A DNA stretch of 54,932 nucleotides from a virus. Taxonomy: Duplodnaviria; Caudoviricetes. The translations under genes were made by a program, and so were the position numbers. The notes beneath the pieces were generated by a model. The model did not search any database, had not been told where the DNA came from, and worked only from the letters and a program-made list of their open reading frames with translations. Location of the stretch: the IMG/VR virus record IMGVR_UViG_3300010413_000058, positions 1-54,932 of that record, one strand, 5' to 3'. Below, piece after piece: positions 1-8,547 of this stretch (position 1 is the stretch's first letter; the number at the start of each line of letters is the position of its first letter).

Positions 1-46
1 CGGAAGCGCAAAAACAAGCACTCAGAAATCGCAAAGGAGGTAATCG

Positions 47-1099
47 ATGAAAGCGAAGGATCGTAGAAAGCGAATGAGAGAGAAGTTGGCCCAGAGACAC
101 AAGGAGGCTTACGACAGGAAAGATTCTTGGGGAGCAAGCACAGGAATATTCAAATCCCCTCTGCCTGAGGGCGTAACTATGTGGAAATGTGGTGAGGGAG
201 AACATATGGTTGATATTATCCCTTTCATTGCAGGAGATAAAATACCTCCCCCTGACAAACCTGGAGAGGAGAGCTACATATTAGACATCTGGGTCCACAA
301 CAACGTAGGTCCATCAGACGCCAGATTTGTATGTCTGTCTCGGACCCTTGAACTGCCCTGTCCTATCTGCGAAGAGCAAGACAGGATGAGAGATTCAGAT
401 GGATATGATGATGACGAGATTAAAGCCTTGAACCCCAGCCGACGGGCAATATACAATATTATCTGCCGAGACAGCCCAAAAGAGGAAGCTAAAGGCATTC
501 AAGTTTGGGAAATAGCTCACTGGTTTATGGCTAAACATCTCGACGAGAGATCGAAAAAGCCTAAAGGCGGAGGCTACATCTACTATACATTGCTCGACGA
601 AGAAGGCAAAACAGTCTATTTCAAGAGGAAAGGTACAAGTCAGAGAGGTACTGAATTTCTAGCGCACGACTTCATTGACAGAGAAGAGCCTCTGGATGAG
701 AACCTAGTAGAGAAGGCACACCCTTTGGATCAGTTAATAGCGTGGCCTTCATACGATGAAGTGTACAACGCATTTCACAAGAAACCACCAAAGGCAGAAG
801 AGCCAGAACCTGAAGCGGCAGAAGAGCAAGAACCTGAAGCGGCAGAAGAGCAAGAACCTGAAGCGGAAAAACCTGAATCGGCAGAAGAGCCAGAGCCTGA
901 AGAACCTGAAGCGGAAAAACCTGAAGCGGAAGGTGAGCTTGTTTGTCCTGGTGGAGGCAAAGTCGGAATAGACTTCGAGGAACTTGAAGCTTGCAAGAAA
1001 TGTAAAATATGGGATGAGTGTGATGAGGAGTACACTCGGATCAAAAAACGCAGGGAAGAAAAGAAAAAGCCTGAATTGGCGAGGAGGAGTGGTAAATAA
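47..1099 (+). CDS. Single-stranded DNA-binding protein, T4 gp32-like, with acidic repeat linker and C-terminal Cys cluster
   Basis: HNNVG..FVCL..CPICE Zn motif, acidic C-terminal region, position directly upstream of RecA; SD AAGGAGGT. Confidence 0.7.
   Translation: MKAKDRRKRMREKLAQRHKEAYDRKDSWGASTGIFKSPLPEGVTMWKCGEGEHMVDIIPFIAGDKIPPPDKPGEESYILDIWVHNNVGPSDARFVCLSRTLELPCPICEEQDRMRDSDGYDDDEIKALNPSRRAIYNIICRDSPKEEAKGIQVWEIAHWFMAKHLDERSKKPKGGGYIYYTLLDEEGKTVYFKRKGTSQRGTEFLAHDFIDREEPLDENLVEKAHPLDQLIAWPSYDEVYNAFHKKPPKAEEPEPEAAEEQEPEAAEEQEPEAEKPESAEEPEPEEPEAEKPEAEGELVCPGGGKVGIDFEELEACKKCKIWDECDEEYTRIKKRREEKKKPELARRSGK
793..930 (+). repeat. 24-nt tandem repeat (GGCAGAAGAGCAAGAACCTGAAGC, 3 near-identical copies plus degenerate copies) encoding the AEEQEPEA linker
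   Basis: Units at 793-816, 817-840 and 841-864, then derived 15-nt units. Confidence 0.9.
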
Positions 1100-2151
1100 T
1101 GGCAGAACTTGTCAGACGTGCCGCACAGCAAGTAGAAAATGAGGCGATGTCCGACGAGGAAAGAAAGCTTATTAACAGGAAGCTTAGTTTTGATAGGGTC
1201 ATTTCCACAGGCTCTACCCTGCTTGACCTTGCCATCAGTGGCAATAGAATACGGGGTGGAGGCATCCCTCCAGGCATTATACTTGAAATATTCGGTCCGC
1301 CTGGAGGGGGAAAGACCCAACTTCTCGTCGAGATATGTGCTTCTGCCCAAGCAAAAAAAGGTAGCGTCCGCTTCTTAGATCCAGAGGCTAGGCTAGACAA
1401 AGAATATTCTGAGCTGATGGGGATGAGTCTGCAGGAAGAATGGGCAGATTATCATAGACCTGATCTAGTAGTCCAAATGTTCAATGATTATGTCTGGCCT
1501 TGGGAACCAGAAACCTCTGACGCTATCAATGTGATAGCTGCGGATTCTTTGGCTGCTCTTAGTACCAAGCTTGAGATGGAAGACGAAGACAAAATGGGGA
1601 TGAAAAGAGCAAAAGACTTTTCGATGGGAGTCCGCAAAACATGCAGGTTAATAGCTAACAATGGATGGATTCTAGCTTGTACGAACCAATTACGACAAGG
1701 ACAACACGGCGATGTCACTCCAGGAGGAAAAGGTATTCCATATTTTGCTTCAGTGAGAATAAGAATAGCACCCAAATTCCAGAAGAATAAGATTGAAAAA
1801 ACAGTCACAGTAGATTTTGGAAAGAAGAAACAAGTAAAAGAGATCATCGGTATTATAAGTAAGTGCAAAGTAACAAAGAACACAGCCGACAATCCTTTCA
1901 GGGAAGCTCTGGTGTATATCATATTTGGCTATGGGTTCGATGATATTAGAGCAAATCTTCAATGGGCTAAGGATATGTCAGGCGACACGTCTTATGATGC
2001 CTTTACACACAAATACCAAAAGCTAGAGGATGCTGTTATTCACATTGAAAATGAAGGATTGCAAAGTAAGTTGAGGGACAAAGTGATAGATATGTGGGAA
2101 GAAATACAGGAGAAACTGAAAGTTAAAAGGGCTCCAAAAGTAAGATTCTAA
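1099..2151 (+). CDS. recA: RecA/UvsX-family recombinase
   Basis: ISTGSTLLDLAISG, Walker A EIFGPPGGGKT, ADSLAAL, NQLR, TPGGKGIPYFASVRI. Confidence 0.93.
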   Translation: MAELVRRAAQQVENEAMSDEERKLINRKLSFDRVISTGSTLLDLAISGNRIRGGGIPPGIILEIFGPPGGGKTQLLVEICASAQAKKGSVRFLDPEARLDKEYSELMGMSLQEEWADYHRPDLVVQMFNDYVWPWEPETSDAINVIAADSLAALSTKLEMEDEDKMGMKRAKDFSMGVRKTCRLIANNGWILACTNQLRQGQHGDVTPGGKGIPYFASVRIRIAPKFQKNKIEKTVTVDFGKKKQVKEIIGIISKCKVTKNTADNPFREALVYIIFGYGFDDIRANLQWAKDMSGDTSYDAFTHKYQKLEDAVIHIENEGLQSKLRDKVIDMWEEIQEKLKVKRAPKVRF

Positions 2152-2156
2152 GGGAG

Positions 2157-3035
2157 GTGATCTATTTGAAAGTCGATTATATAATTGTTGATTCCGATTT
2201 CGTCTGCTACCAAAACAAACACTCAATGAAAGAACTGTCTTGGGAAGATAAGCACACGGGAGTTATATTCGGCTTTCTAAGAGACACCTTATCTCTGGCT
2301 AAGAATCTGGAATGCAATAATTTTATATTTGTCTGGGATTCCGATAAGTCAAAAAGAAAGAAGATGTTTCCAGACTATAAAGCCAACAGAACAACCAAAG
2401 AAAAGACCCCTGAAGAGGAAGAACTGAGCAGGATTACTCATCCTCAATTTGACATAATCAGAGATGAGATACTTCCATACATCGGATTTAAAAATAACTT
2501 TATACAAGATGGCTTAGAAGGGGATGATCTGATAGCTAAGATAATCTTAGACCATGACTGGACTAACCTTGCGGTCGTAACGATAGATAGTGATCTTTAT
2601 CAGGTTCTCAGCCCTAATGTATTTATCTATAACCCCAGAAAAAAGAAAAAGTACACCCTAGATGACTTCAAAAAAGACTGGGGGATTGACCCTTGGCAAT
2701 GGTCTAACGTGCTGTCTTTAGCTGGTTGTTCTACTGACAATGTTCCAGGAATAAATGGAGTAGGTAAGCCCACCGCTGCTAAATACATTAGAGGGGAATT
2801 GCCTCCTACAAGAAAGGTCGTTCAAAGGATACAATCAAAGCAGGGCAAGGAAATAAAGAGAAGAAATGATTGGCTGGTAAAACTTCCTTTTCAAGGCACA
2901 GTTTCCATGACGATAAGAAGCAAGCAGAAGCTATCAAAGGACAGGTTTATTAAAGTATGCAGGAGATACGGATTTGAATCTTTCTTGAGGAAAAGCAAAT
3001 ATCAAGAGTGGAAGGAGGTGATGGACCTTGTCTAA
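2157..3035 (+). CDS. 5'-3' exonuclease / flap endonuclease (PolI N-terminal, T4 RNase H-like)
   Basis: VWD..RKKMFPDYKANR, EGDDLI, DSDLYQ, H3TH motif LAGCSTDNVPGINGVGKPTA. Confidence 0.92.
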   Translation: MIYLKVDYIIVDSDFVCYQNKHSMKELSWEDKHTGVIFGFLRDTLSLAKNLECNNFIFVWDSDKSKRKKMFPDYKANRTTKEKTPEEEELSRITHPQFDIIRDEILPYIGFKNNFIQDGLEGDDLIAKIILDHDWTNLAVVTIDSDLYQVLSPNVFIYNPRKKKKYTLDDFKKDWGIDPWQWSNVLSLAGCSTDNVPGINGVGKPTAAKYIRGELPPTRKVVQRIQSKQGKEIKRRNDWLVKLPFQGTVSMTIRSKQKLSKDRFIKVCRRYGFESFLRKSKYQEWKEVMDLV

Positions 3036-3576
3036 AGGTGGGGACTTCGAGTTGGAGATCACAAAAGAACTAAGTCTGTGGATAACTGATGGGAAGAGCA
3101 AAGAAGTTTTTAGAAGAGGAAGGAGAGGAGGGAGGGGAGACATAACTTACAGAGAACCTATCGGAAAACCTTTGATAGACGCTTGGAATATAGAGTGCAA
3201 GACTGGGTATTCTAGGAAATATAAAGCCACCCTTAAAAAGAAAAGGAAGATAACTAATTGGTGTATCATAGACCCGATTGACTCACGTGGATCTAACACA
3301 GTCTTTCAGGACTTCTGGGAACAGTGCGCCGAAGACGCAGACAAGACAAAAAGAATCCCTATACTCATCTTCAGGAGACCTTACATGATGACCTGTATAG
3401 CTTTCCGTCAATCCTTGTTCAACAGGATGATAGAAATATACGGTCCTCCTAGAGGTCAATATGTACTCGCCAACGTATTTGGCGAGACTTTAGCAATACA
3501 AACTCTCAAACAATTTTTTGAATGGGTTCCAAACCCAAACCTGATTTTAATGCCTAAACTGGTGAGAAGAGTATGA
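3028..3576 (+). CDS. Holliday junction resolvase-like PD-(D/E)XK nuclease
   Basis: N-terminal KGGDFELEI, GDI...IECK, FWEQC..DA...PILIFR. Confidence 0.75.
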   Translation: MSKGGDFELEITKELSLWITDGKSKEVFRRGRRGGRGDITYREPIGKPLIDAWNIECKTGYSRKYKATLKKKRKITNWCIIDPIDSRGSNTVFQDFWEQCAEDADKTKRIPILIFRRPYMMTCIAFRQSLFNRMIEIYGPPRGQYVLANVFGETLAIQTLKQFFEWVPNPNLILMPKLVRRV

Positions 3577-4688
3577 CAGTAGATGGAATAGAAATAAAAA
3601 ATGTCCAGCCACATGAACACACAATAATTGAACCTTCCAAAAGAGTAACAGTAATACAGGGCACATCTCATTCAGGAAAGTCCTCAATCGTCCGAGCAAT
3701 AAAGAAGCTCATAGAGAATAGACCTATGGGAAGAGAGGGGTTATTGTCTTGGTTTGCTAGTGACAAAGATGAAATAAGCATTGGGATGTCCTTTGAGGAA
3801 GGAACATACGTCTACAGGGAGCAAACTAAATCAGACAATAGATATACCACTAGTGAGAGCAAGAAACCGCTAAGAGCCATACGAAGTGATGTTCCAGAGG
3901 AAGTGTTGGCTATAACTAAAATGAACTCAGTTAATATACAGTCCCAGCATGACCCTTACTTCATGCTTCAAAACACTCCTGGAGAAGTTGGGCGGATGTT
4001 CAATGAAGCGGTAGGGCTGGAAATAATCGACGAAACTATTTCCCAAGCTAAAAAATTGTTCAACCTAATAAATGCTCAGAGAGCAGCTTGCTACAAGCAA
4101 GTGGAAGACTTGGAGAATGAGTTTTCTAGATACAAAGGATTAGATGAAATAAAACCTTTTATAGAAGACATAGAAAAAGCCTATGAACATTTAGGCATTC
4201 TGCAAGTCAGCAGAGAGAAGCTTCTGTCCTATTGGCTTGACATGGAAGTTCTTGAAGGAGACATTCTCTTGACGAAGGAGTTTCTCAAACTGGAAGATGA
4301 CTATAAGAAACTGCACTCCCTCGCCTCCCTCACGAATGCAAAGATTAGGAAAAGACAGGAAATATATGCCCATGTACTTGAATGGACAATGACTGAAGCC
4401 AGAATTGCTGTGAACAGAAAATGGGTAGATCAATATGAAAAATTCATAGAGATTCGGAATATCGCTCAGAACATGTCAAAATTGCGCTCAGATCGCATCA
4501 ACTTGAAACGTGTACTCAGATATATAATCGACACAAAAAACGAAATCCAAGCTAAAACCGAAGCATTATCTGACACTCGCAGAAAAATATACGAACTGTT
4601 ACAGAAGACTAAGATTTGTCCTTTCTGCTACACAGAAATTGACAGAGATACCATTGACCACATCTGCGAGAGGAGGGGGATAAAATGA
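3573..4688 (+). CDS. sbcC: SbcC/Rad50-like ATPase, N-terminal half (Walker A, Q-loop, coiled coil, zinc hook)
   Basis: IEIKNVQPH, Walker A GTSHSGKSS, IQSQHDP, long coiled coil, CPFC near the C-terminus; no Walker B. Confidence 0.85.
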   Translation: MTVDGIEIKNVQPHEHTIIEPSKRVTVIQGTSHSGKSSIVRAIKKLIENRPMGREGLLSWFASDKDEISIGMSFEEGTYVYREQTKSDNRYTTSESKKPLRAIRSDVPEEVLAITKMNSVNIQSQHDPYFMLQNTPGEVGRMFNEAVGLEIIDETISQAKKLFNLINAQRAACYKQVEDLENEFSRYKGLDEIKPFIEDIEKAYEHLGILQVSREKLLSYWLDMEVLEGDILLTKEFLKLEDDYKKLHSLASLTNAKIRKRQEIYAHVLEWTMTEARIAVNRKWVDQYEKFIEIRNIAQNMSKLRSDRINLKRVLRYIIDTKNEIQAKTEALSDTRRKIYELLQKTKICPFCYTEIDRDTIDHICERRGIK

Positions 4689-5623
4689 AGATACTGTGTG
4701 GTCCCGACTTGCACATCAGAGTAAGACCTCCAGAACACAGGATAGACGATTTTGTGGCGACACAGAAGCACAAGATAAAATGGATACTAAACCTAGCTAA
4801 GAAGAAAGATTGCAAACTAATATTGTTTCCTGGAGACCTTACAGACCATCCTAAACTTCCTCACCACATAATTGACCATTACATCAGGGTGTTCAGAAAC
4901 TACCCCAATCAAACTAAACTAGCTGTTAGAGGGCAACATGACATGCTCTACCATGTAGAGTCTGACAATACTCCTATATCAGTGATGGACGCCTCAGGGG
5001 CAGTCAACTTGATCGGCGGTGCCTACTATACTGCTTCTAGAGAGCCCAACATGGGGTGGGTCGTAATATATGGCGCAGACTTTGACCAACCCATTCCTGA
5101 AATACAGAACCCTGACCCTCTGCAAGTCAACATACTACTTATCCACAAGATGTTTGTCCTTGACAGATTGTGGGAAGGGCAGGAAGACTTTGTTAGGTCT
5201 TTGATTTTCTTGAAGACAACTAAATGGGACTTGATAGTGTCTGGTGACAATCACCAACATTATATGTCGTTCGCAAAAGGAGACAGATTTCACGTAAACT
5301 GTGGTTCTCTAATGAGACAGAGCATCGATCAAAAGAACCATAAACCTGTAGTCTACATTTACGATACAGAAGAGAGGACTCTGAAACATTATCATGTCCC
5401 CATAGATCCTATCGAGAAAGTAATGGACCTCGAGAAGGCAGAGGAAGACAAACAGCAAAGTCTAGAGCTTCAGGCATTCGTCGAAAGTATTCAGGAGACT
5501 ACAGAGATAGAAGGATTAGACTTTGTTAAGAATTTAACTAACAGACTCCAACAAGAAGATATTAGTCCAGGTGTAAAACAATTAGGAGAAGAAGTTCTAA
5601 AGAAAGCGGGTGAACTCACATGA
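4685..5623 (+). CDS. sbcD: SbcD/Mre11-like metallophosphoesterase nuclease
   Basis: DLH, GDLTD, GQHD, GDNH, NCGS motifs. Confidence 0.88.
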   Translation: MKILCGPDLHIRVRPPEHRIDDFVATQKHKIKWILNLAKKKDCKLILFPGDLTDHPKLPHHIIDHYIRVFRNYPNQTKLAVRGQHDMLYHVESDNTPISVMDASGAVNLIGGAYYTASREPNMGWVVIYGADFDQPIPEIQNPDPLQVNILLIHKMFVLDRLWEGQEDFVRSLIFLKTTKWDLIVSGDNHQHYMSFAKGDRFHVNCGSLMRQSIDQKNHKPVVYIYDTEERTLKHYHVPIDPIEKVMDLEKAEEDKQQSLELQAFVESIQETTEIEGLDFVKNLTNRLQQEDISPGVKQLGEEVLKKAGELT

Positions 5624-5880
5624 AAACAGATGAAATCATAGACAAACTGGAAGGTCTTGAGGAAGATTTTGAGGAAAAAAAGAAAAGTCTCGCTAGGGAT
5701 GAAGGCCGACTAGAATCTTTACAAGAGAGGATGGAGAAGGAGTTTGGCATTAAATCCTTGAAGAAAGCAGAGAGTGAGCTTATCAGATTGGATAAAGAGA
5801 TCGAAGAATCAGAAAAAGAACTCCACGAAAAGTACAAAAATATGAAAGAAGCGATGGAGAAGATCGATGTACAATCATAA
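5620..5880 (+). CDS. Small coiled-coil protein, possibly the middle segment of the split SbcC
   Basis: Heptad-rich E/K/L sequence, translationally coupled on both sides. Confidence 0.6.
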   Translation: MKTDEIIDKLEGLEEDFEEKKKSLARDEGRLESLQERMEKEFGIKSLKKAESELIRLDKEIEESEKELHEKYKNMKEAMEKIDVQS

Positions 5881-6487
5881 GGAATTTACAGAATACAAAA
5901 ACTGGTTTTATGAATTAGCAGGTCAACGTGATCTGCTAGAAGTTCAACTGAGAAGGGCTGAGGAAGAGAAAAACCTTCTGGATCAAGGATACGAAGATGC
6001 TTTGTTTTTAAGAGCATTAGTCCAAGAAGTAGCCCAACAGACGATGAATAATCTCTCCTATCACATATCCAATATAGTCACAGCAGCATTGAAAGCCATA
6101 CCTTTCCCTGATGCTCCTGAGTTTGAAGCCGAGTTCGTAAAAGGAAGAAATCAGGTTGAGTGTAACTTATGGTTTGTCACCAATGGCAACAAAAGCAAGC
6201 CTATAGAGTCTAGTGGAGGCGGAGCCCTCGACGTTACCTCTCTAGCATTGAGGCTCACCTACTGGTCTCTCAAAAAGAACCGACCCACCTTCATCCTCGA
6301 CGAGCCTTTCAAATACGTCTCTGTCGATCTCCAAGAGAAGTGTGCCGAGATGATCAAGATGCTGTCAGAGAGGATGGGTGTGCAGATCATTATGGTCAGT
6401 CATCTTCCCAACATCAACATCACCGCTGATAAAGAGTACAGGGTGGAGATGAAGGATGGGAAGAGTGTAGTGAAGGAAGTTAAATAG
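5867..6487 (+). CDS. sbcC: SbcC/Rad50-like ATPase, C-terminal half (ABC signature, Walker B, H-loop)
   Basis: ESSGGG signature, FILDEPF Walker B/D-loop, IIMVSH. Confidence 0.88.
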   Translation: MYNHKEFTEYKNWFYELAGQRDLLEVQLRRAEEEKNLLDQGYEDALFLRALVQEVAQQTMNNLSYHISNIVTAALKAIPFPDAPEFEAEFVKGRNQVECNLWFVTNGNKSKPIESSGGGALDVTSLALRLTYWSLKKNRPTFILDEPFKYVSVDLQEKCAEMIKMLSERMGVQIIMVSHLPNINITADKEYRVEMKDGKSVVKEVK

Positions 6488-6498
6488 CATTTTAGCCA

Positions 6499-6536
6499 TG
6501 GGAACATCAGTAAGTGGGGGCCGACACCGCTGGCAT
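6499..6536 (+). repeat. Structured intergenic element, copy 1 (3' half only); 38-bp exact repeat of 7036-7073
   Basis: TGGGAACATCAGTAAGTGGGGGCCGACACCGCTGGCAT is identical at both sites. Confidence 0.9.
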
Positions 6537-6555
6537 CTTTTGGAGGGAGTGATGT

Positions 6556-6942
6556 ATGGAAGAAGTAAAGAAAACAATACAAAGGTTACGGGATTATGTT
6601 GATGATGATCGTATAGTGGGTTACAGGCCCAGTGTACTCACCAGACCCATCTGTCGGTCAGACATTATCTTGGTATTGAAGCGCATCTCCGAGCTTGAAA
6701 AGCGCATCTCCGAGTTGGAGGATATGGTTGAAGTTGCTAGGTCAGTAAGAAAGGAAAGAATTAGAGAGCTTGAGCAGCAACTTATAATTAAATCAATTGA
6801 AGAACGTAGGGAAGAAGCACTAAAAATTGTTAAGAAATATACTGAAGAATACAAAAAGCTTGAGCAGGAGAACGCTCGGCTTCGTGAGGAAATTAAGGAA
6901 TTGAAACTCCGAATTGCTGATATGGAAACTTATTTACAGTAG
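6556..6942 (+). CDS. Hypothetical coiled-coil protein
   Basis: ORF with GGAGGGAG RBS; KRISELE duplicated (21-nt tandem at about 6679-6720). Confidence 0.7.
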   Translation: MEEVKKTIQRLRDYVDDDRIVGYRPSVLTRPICRSDIILVLKRISELEKRISELEDMVEVARSVRKERIRELEQQLIIKSIEERREEALKIVKKYTEEYKKLEQENARLREEIKELKLRIADMETYLQ

Positions 6943-6960
6943 ATGAGAGTGATGACACTT

Positions 6961-7080
6961 TGCCAGCGGTCTGCTTGGAAGCTATACGGCCTAGGACGCA
7001 TAGTGGAGGGCAGTGTGGGGGAGGACAGTCGGCATTGGGAACATCAGTAAGTGGGGGCCGACACCGCTGGCATTTAAGGA
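6961..7080 (+). ncRNA. Structured intergenic element, copy 2 (putative cis-acting RNA or DNA hairpin)
   Basis: TGCCAGCGGT (6961-6970) pairs with ACCGCTGGCA (7063-7072); inner stem GTCGGC (7028-7033)/GCCGAC (7057-7062); followed by TTTAAGGAG RBS. Confidence 0.65.
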
Positions 7081-7091
7081 GGGAGAAAGAA

Positions 7092-7268
7092 ATGGCAGAT
7101 GCAGATGATAAAATCATACCTTGGATTCCAGAGGATCAAGGAGAGGGTATTAAGGATTTCTTTTCTGGGTATGTAACACGTTGCCCGAAATGTAACTCTA
7201 TGAATATTTGGCAGATGTTTATGGCTCATTACGGCTGTTTAGACTGTAAGCATAAATGGGGGGAGTGA
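7092..7268 (+). CDS. Small zinc-ribbon protein (58 aa, MADADDK...)
   Basis: RBS AAGGAGGGAG then ATG at 7092; CPKC...CLDC. Confidence 0.7.
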   Translation: MADADDKIIPWIPEDQGEGIKDFFSGYVTRCPKCNSMNIWQMFMAHYGCLDCKHKWGE

Positions 7269-7474
7269 TGGATAAGCCTTGGATAGTTGGAAGATGGGAT
7301 ATTTGCCCAAAACTTCATGCAATGAATGACATGGGCATTGATTCAGAGCGAACCACAAAAGCAGGTAGGCGTATTTATAGCAGAACACGTACCTATAATG
7401 CCGAATGCTATGCTGAAAAAGATGGAGAAAGGTGTACTCGTCGTGGAAGGTGTATCTTGGCATACACAGACTAG
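7268..7474 (+). CDS. Small hypothetical Cys-containing protein
   Basis: TGATG stop/start coupling at 7266-7270. Confidence 0.6.
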   Translation: MDKPWIVGRWDICPKLHAMNDMGIDSERTTKAGRRIYSRTRTYNAECYAEKDGERCTRRGRCILAYTD

Positions 7475-7490
7475 GCAGTGGGGGTGAGGG

Positions 7491-7634
7491 ATGGAAATCA
7501 TTGTTGAGTGCGTAGAGTGTGGTTCAATACTAGAGCAAAACAAAACCACGATAAAATGGGGAGATGTAGTTATCCAAGTGATTCCATGCGACTGCATTAA
7601 TATGGAGCCAGAAATCGCCAAACAAGCATTGTAG
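7491..7634 (+). CDS. Small zinc-ribbon protein (47 aa), absent from the ORF track
   Basis: MEIIVECVECGSIL...IPCDC; GGTGAGGG upstream. Confidence 0.65.
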   Translation: MEIIVECVECGSILEQNKTTIKWGDVVIQVIPCDCINMEPEIAKQAL

Positions 7635-7635
7635 G

Positions 7636-7720
7636 AATAAGTCCAGCGGTCCCGAAAGGGTGGGCATGGGATGTCGGCACAAGGAAGGCGTGGGAGCTGA
7701 CACCGCTGGCATTTAAGGAG
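7636..7720 (+). ncRNA. Structured intergenic element, copy 3
   Basis: CCAGCGGT (7643-7650)/ACCGCTGG (7702-7709); CCC-GAAA-GGG hairpin; GTCGGC (7673-7678)/GCTGAC (7696-7701); then CATTTAAGGAG. Confidence 0.65.
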
Positions 7721-7726
7721 AAAGTG

Positions 7727-7894
7727 ATGAGTTGGACAAAAGTGGGAAGTTGCCCTCATTGTGGGGCACCAATTTATGAACCAATGGTCTGGCATGGAGT
7801 ATTGCCGCCACCGCCGCAATACACTTGTGCCTGTGCGCCAAAAGTGGAAACAAAGACAAAGTGGAAACAAAGACAAGCAATAATACAAGTATAG
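7727..7894 (+). CDS. Small zinc-ribbon protein (55 aa); C-terminus frameshifted by a 17-bp duplication
   Basis: MSWTKVGSCPHCGAPIY...YTCAC; RBS AAGGAG. Confidence 0.65.
   Translation: MSWTKVGSCPHCGAPIYEPMVWHGVLPPPPQYTCACAPKVETKTKWKQRQAIIQV
7841..7874 (+). repeat. 17-bp perfect tandem duplication, AAAGTGGAAACAAAGAC x2
   Basis: 7841-7857 is identical to 7858-7874. Confidence 0.95.
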
Positions 7895-7897
7895 ATA

Positions 7898-8000
7898 AAT
7901 AAGTCCAGCGGTCTAGGTGCTGATGAAGAGGGTGGGCTGTCAGCTTAAACTACTGGATAAAGCAGAATAGGGGTAGGTCGACACCGCTGCATTTAAGGAG
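7898..8000 (+). ncRNA. Structured intergenic element, copy 4
   Basis: AATAAGTCCAGCGGTC identical to 7636-7651; CAGCGGT/ACCGCTG stem; GTCAGC (7939-7944)/GTCGAC (7977-7982); then CATTTAAGGAG. Confidence 0.65.
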
Positions 8001-8006
8001 GGAGTA

Positions 8007-8120
8007 ATGACAGTAAAATGCCGTAATTGTGGTTATATATGGAAGGGAAAGATAAGAGAACCCGCTCCAATGTATTGTCCTTGTTGCAACCATACTGCGT
8101 GTTGGTGGACATTCTGGTAG
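8007..8120 (+). CDS. Tiny zinc-ribbon protein (37 aa), absent from the ORF track
   Basis: MTVKCRNCGYIW...MYCPCC; RBS AAGGAGGGAG. Confidence 0.65.
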   Translation: MTVKCRNCGYIWKGKIREPAPMYCPCCNHTACWWTFW

Positions 8121-8148
8121 ATTTGAAAAGGGTTTACAGGAGTAGGAG

Positions 8149-8547
8149 ATGAGTGATTATATAGTTCAGCATGTTATGGAGATTGTGAAAAAAATACACG
8201 ATGATACTGGGGTGAGATTGAAAGAGTTCTCAGTGACATGGGGGTACAGCTTAGATATAGGTCGCTGTTTCGTTGGTGGAGGCAGGGTTGAAGTCTTCCC
8301 ACTAGAAGGCCATCAGTTAGATGCGGACTACTTCACTCGCATTATAGACACTGCTAGTAAGGCTTACGAGAGATGGAATGTGATGTTTAAAAAATTCACT
8401 TTTGATTGGAAAGATGACGAATTAGAAGGGTGTCACTATAGGTGGGAAAGGGAAGAAGATGAGCAAACAAGCGAAGAGAGGACGGAAGTCGAAGAAGGAA
8501 CAGAAGAAAGCCAAAAAGAGAAGGATGAAGAAAAGCAGAAAAGGTAA
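8149..8547 (+). CDS. Hypothetical protein with acidic tail
   Basis: ORF with AGGAG RBS. Confidence 0.65.
   Translation: MSDYIVQHVMEIVKKIHDDTGVRLKEFSVTWGYSLDIGRCFVGGGRVEVFPLEGHQLDADYFTRIIDTASKAYERWNVMFKKFTFDWKDDELEGCHYRWEREEDEQTSEERTEVEEGTEESQKEKDEEKQKR

Noticed and set aside
6961-7072. tRNA interpretation (GCCAGCG/CGCTGGC-A resembles an acceptor stem)
   Set aside because: No TTCRA T-loop, D-loop or 7-nt anticodon loop; loop lengths are incompatible
6960-7091. N-terminal extension of ORF 6960-7268 in the track
   Set aside because: It runs through the structured element; the strong RBS supports ATG 7092
7916-7986. Hammerhead ribozyme suggested by CTGATGA in element 4
   Set aside because: The required GAAA core reads TAAA, stems I and III do not register, and the other copies lack CTGATGA
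6499-8000. CRISPR array interpretation of the repeated GACACCGCTGGCAT motif
   Set aside because: Spacing is irregular (about 280-640 bp), the intervals contain ORFs, and no cas genes are present
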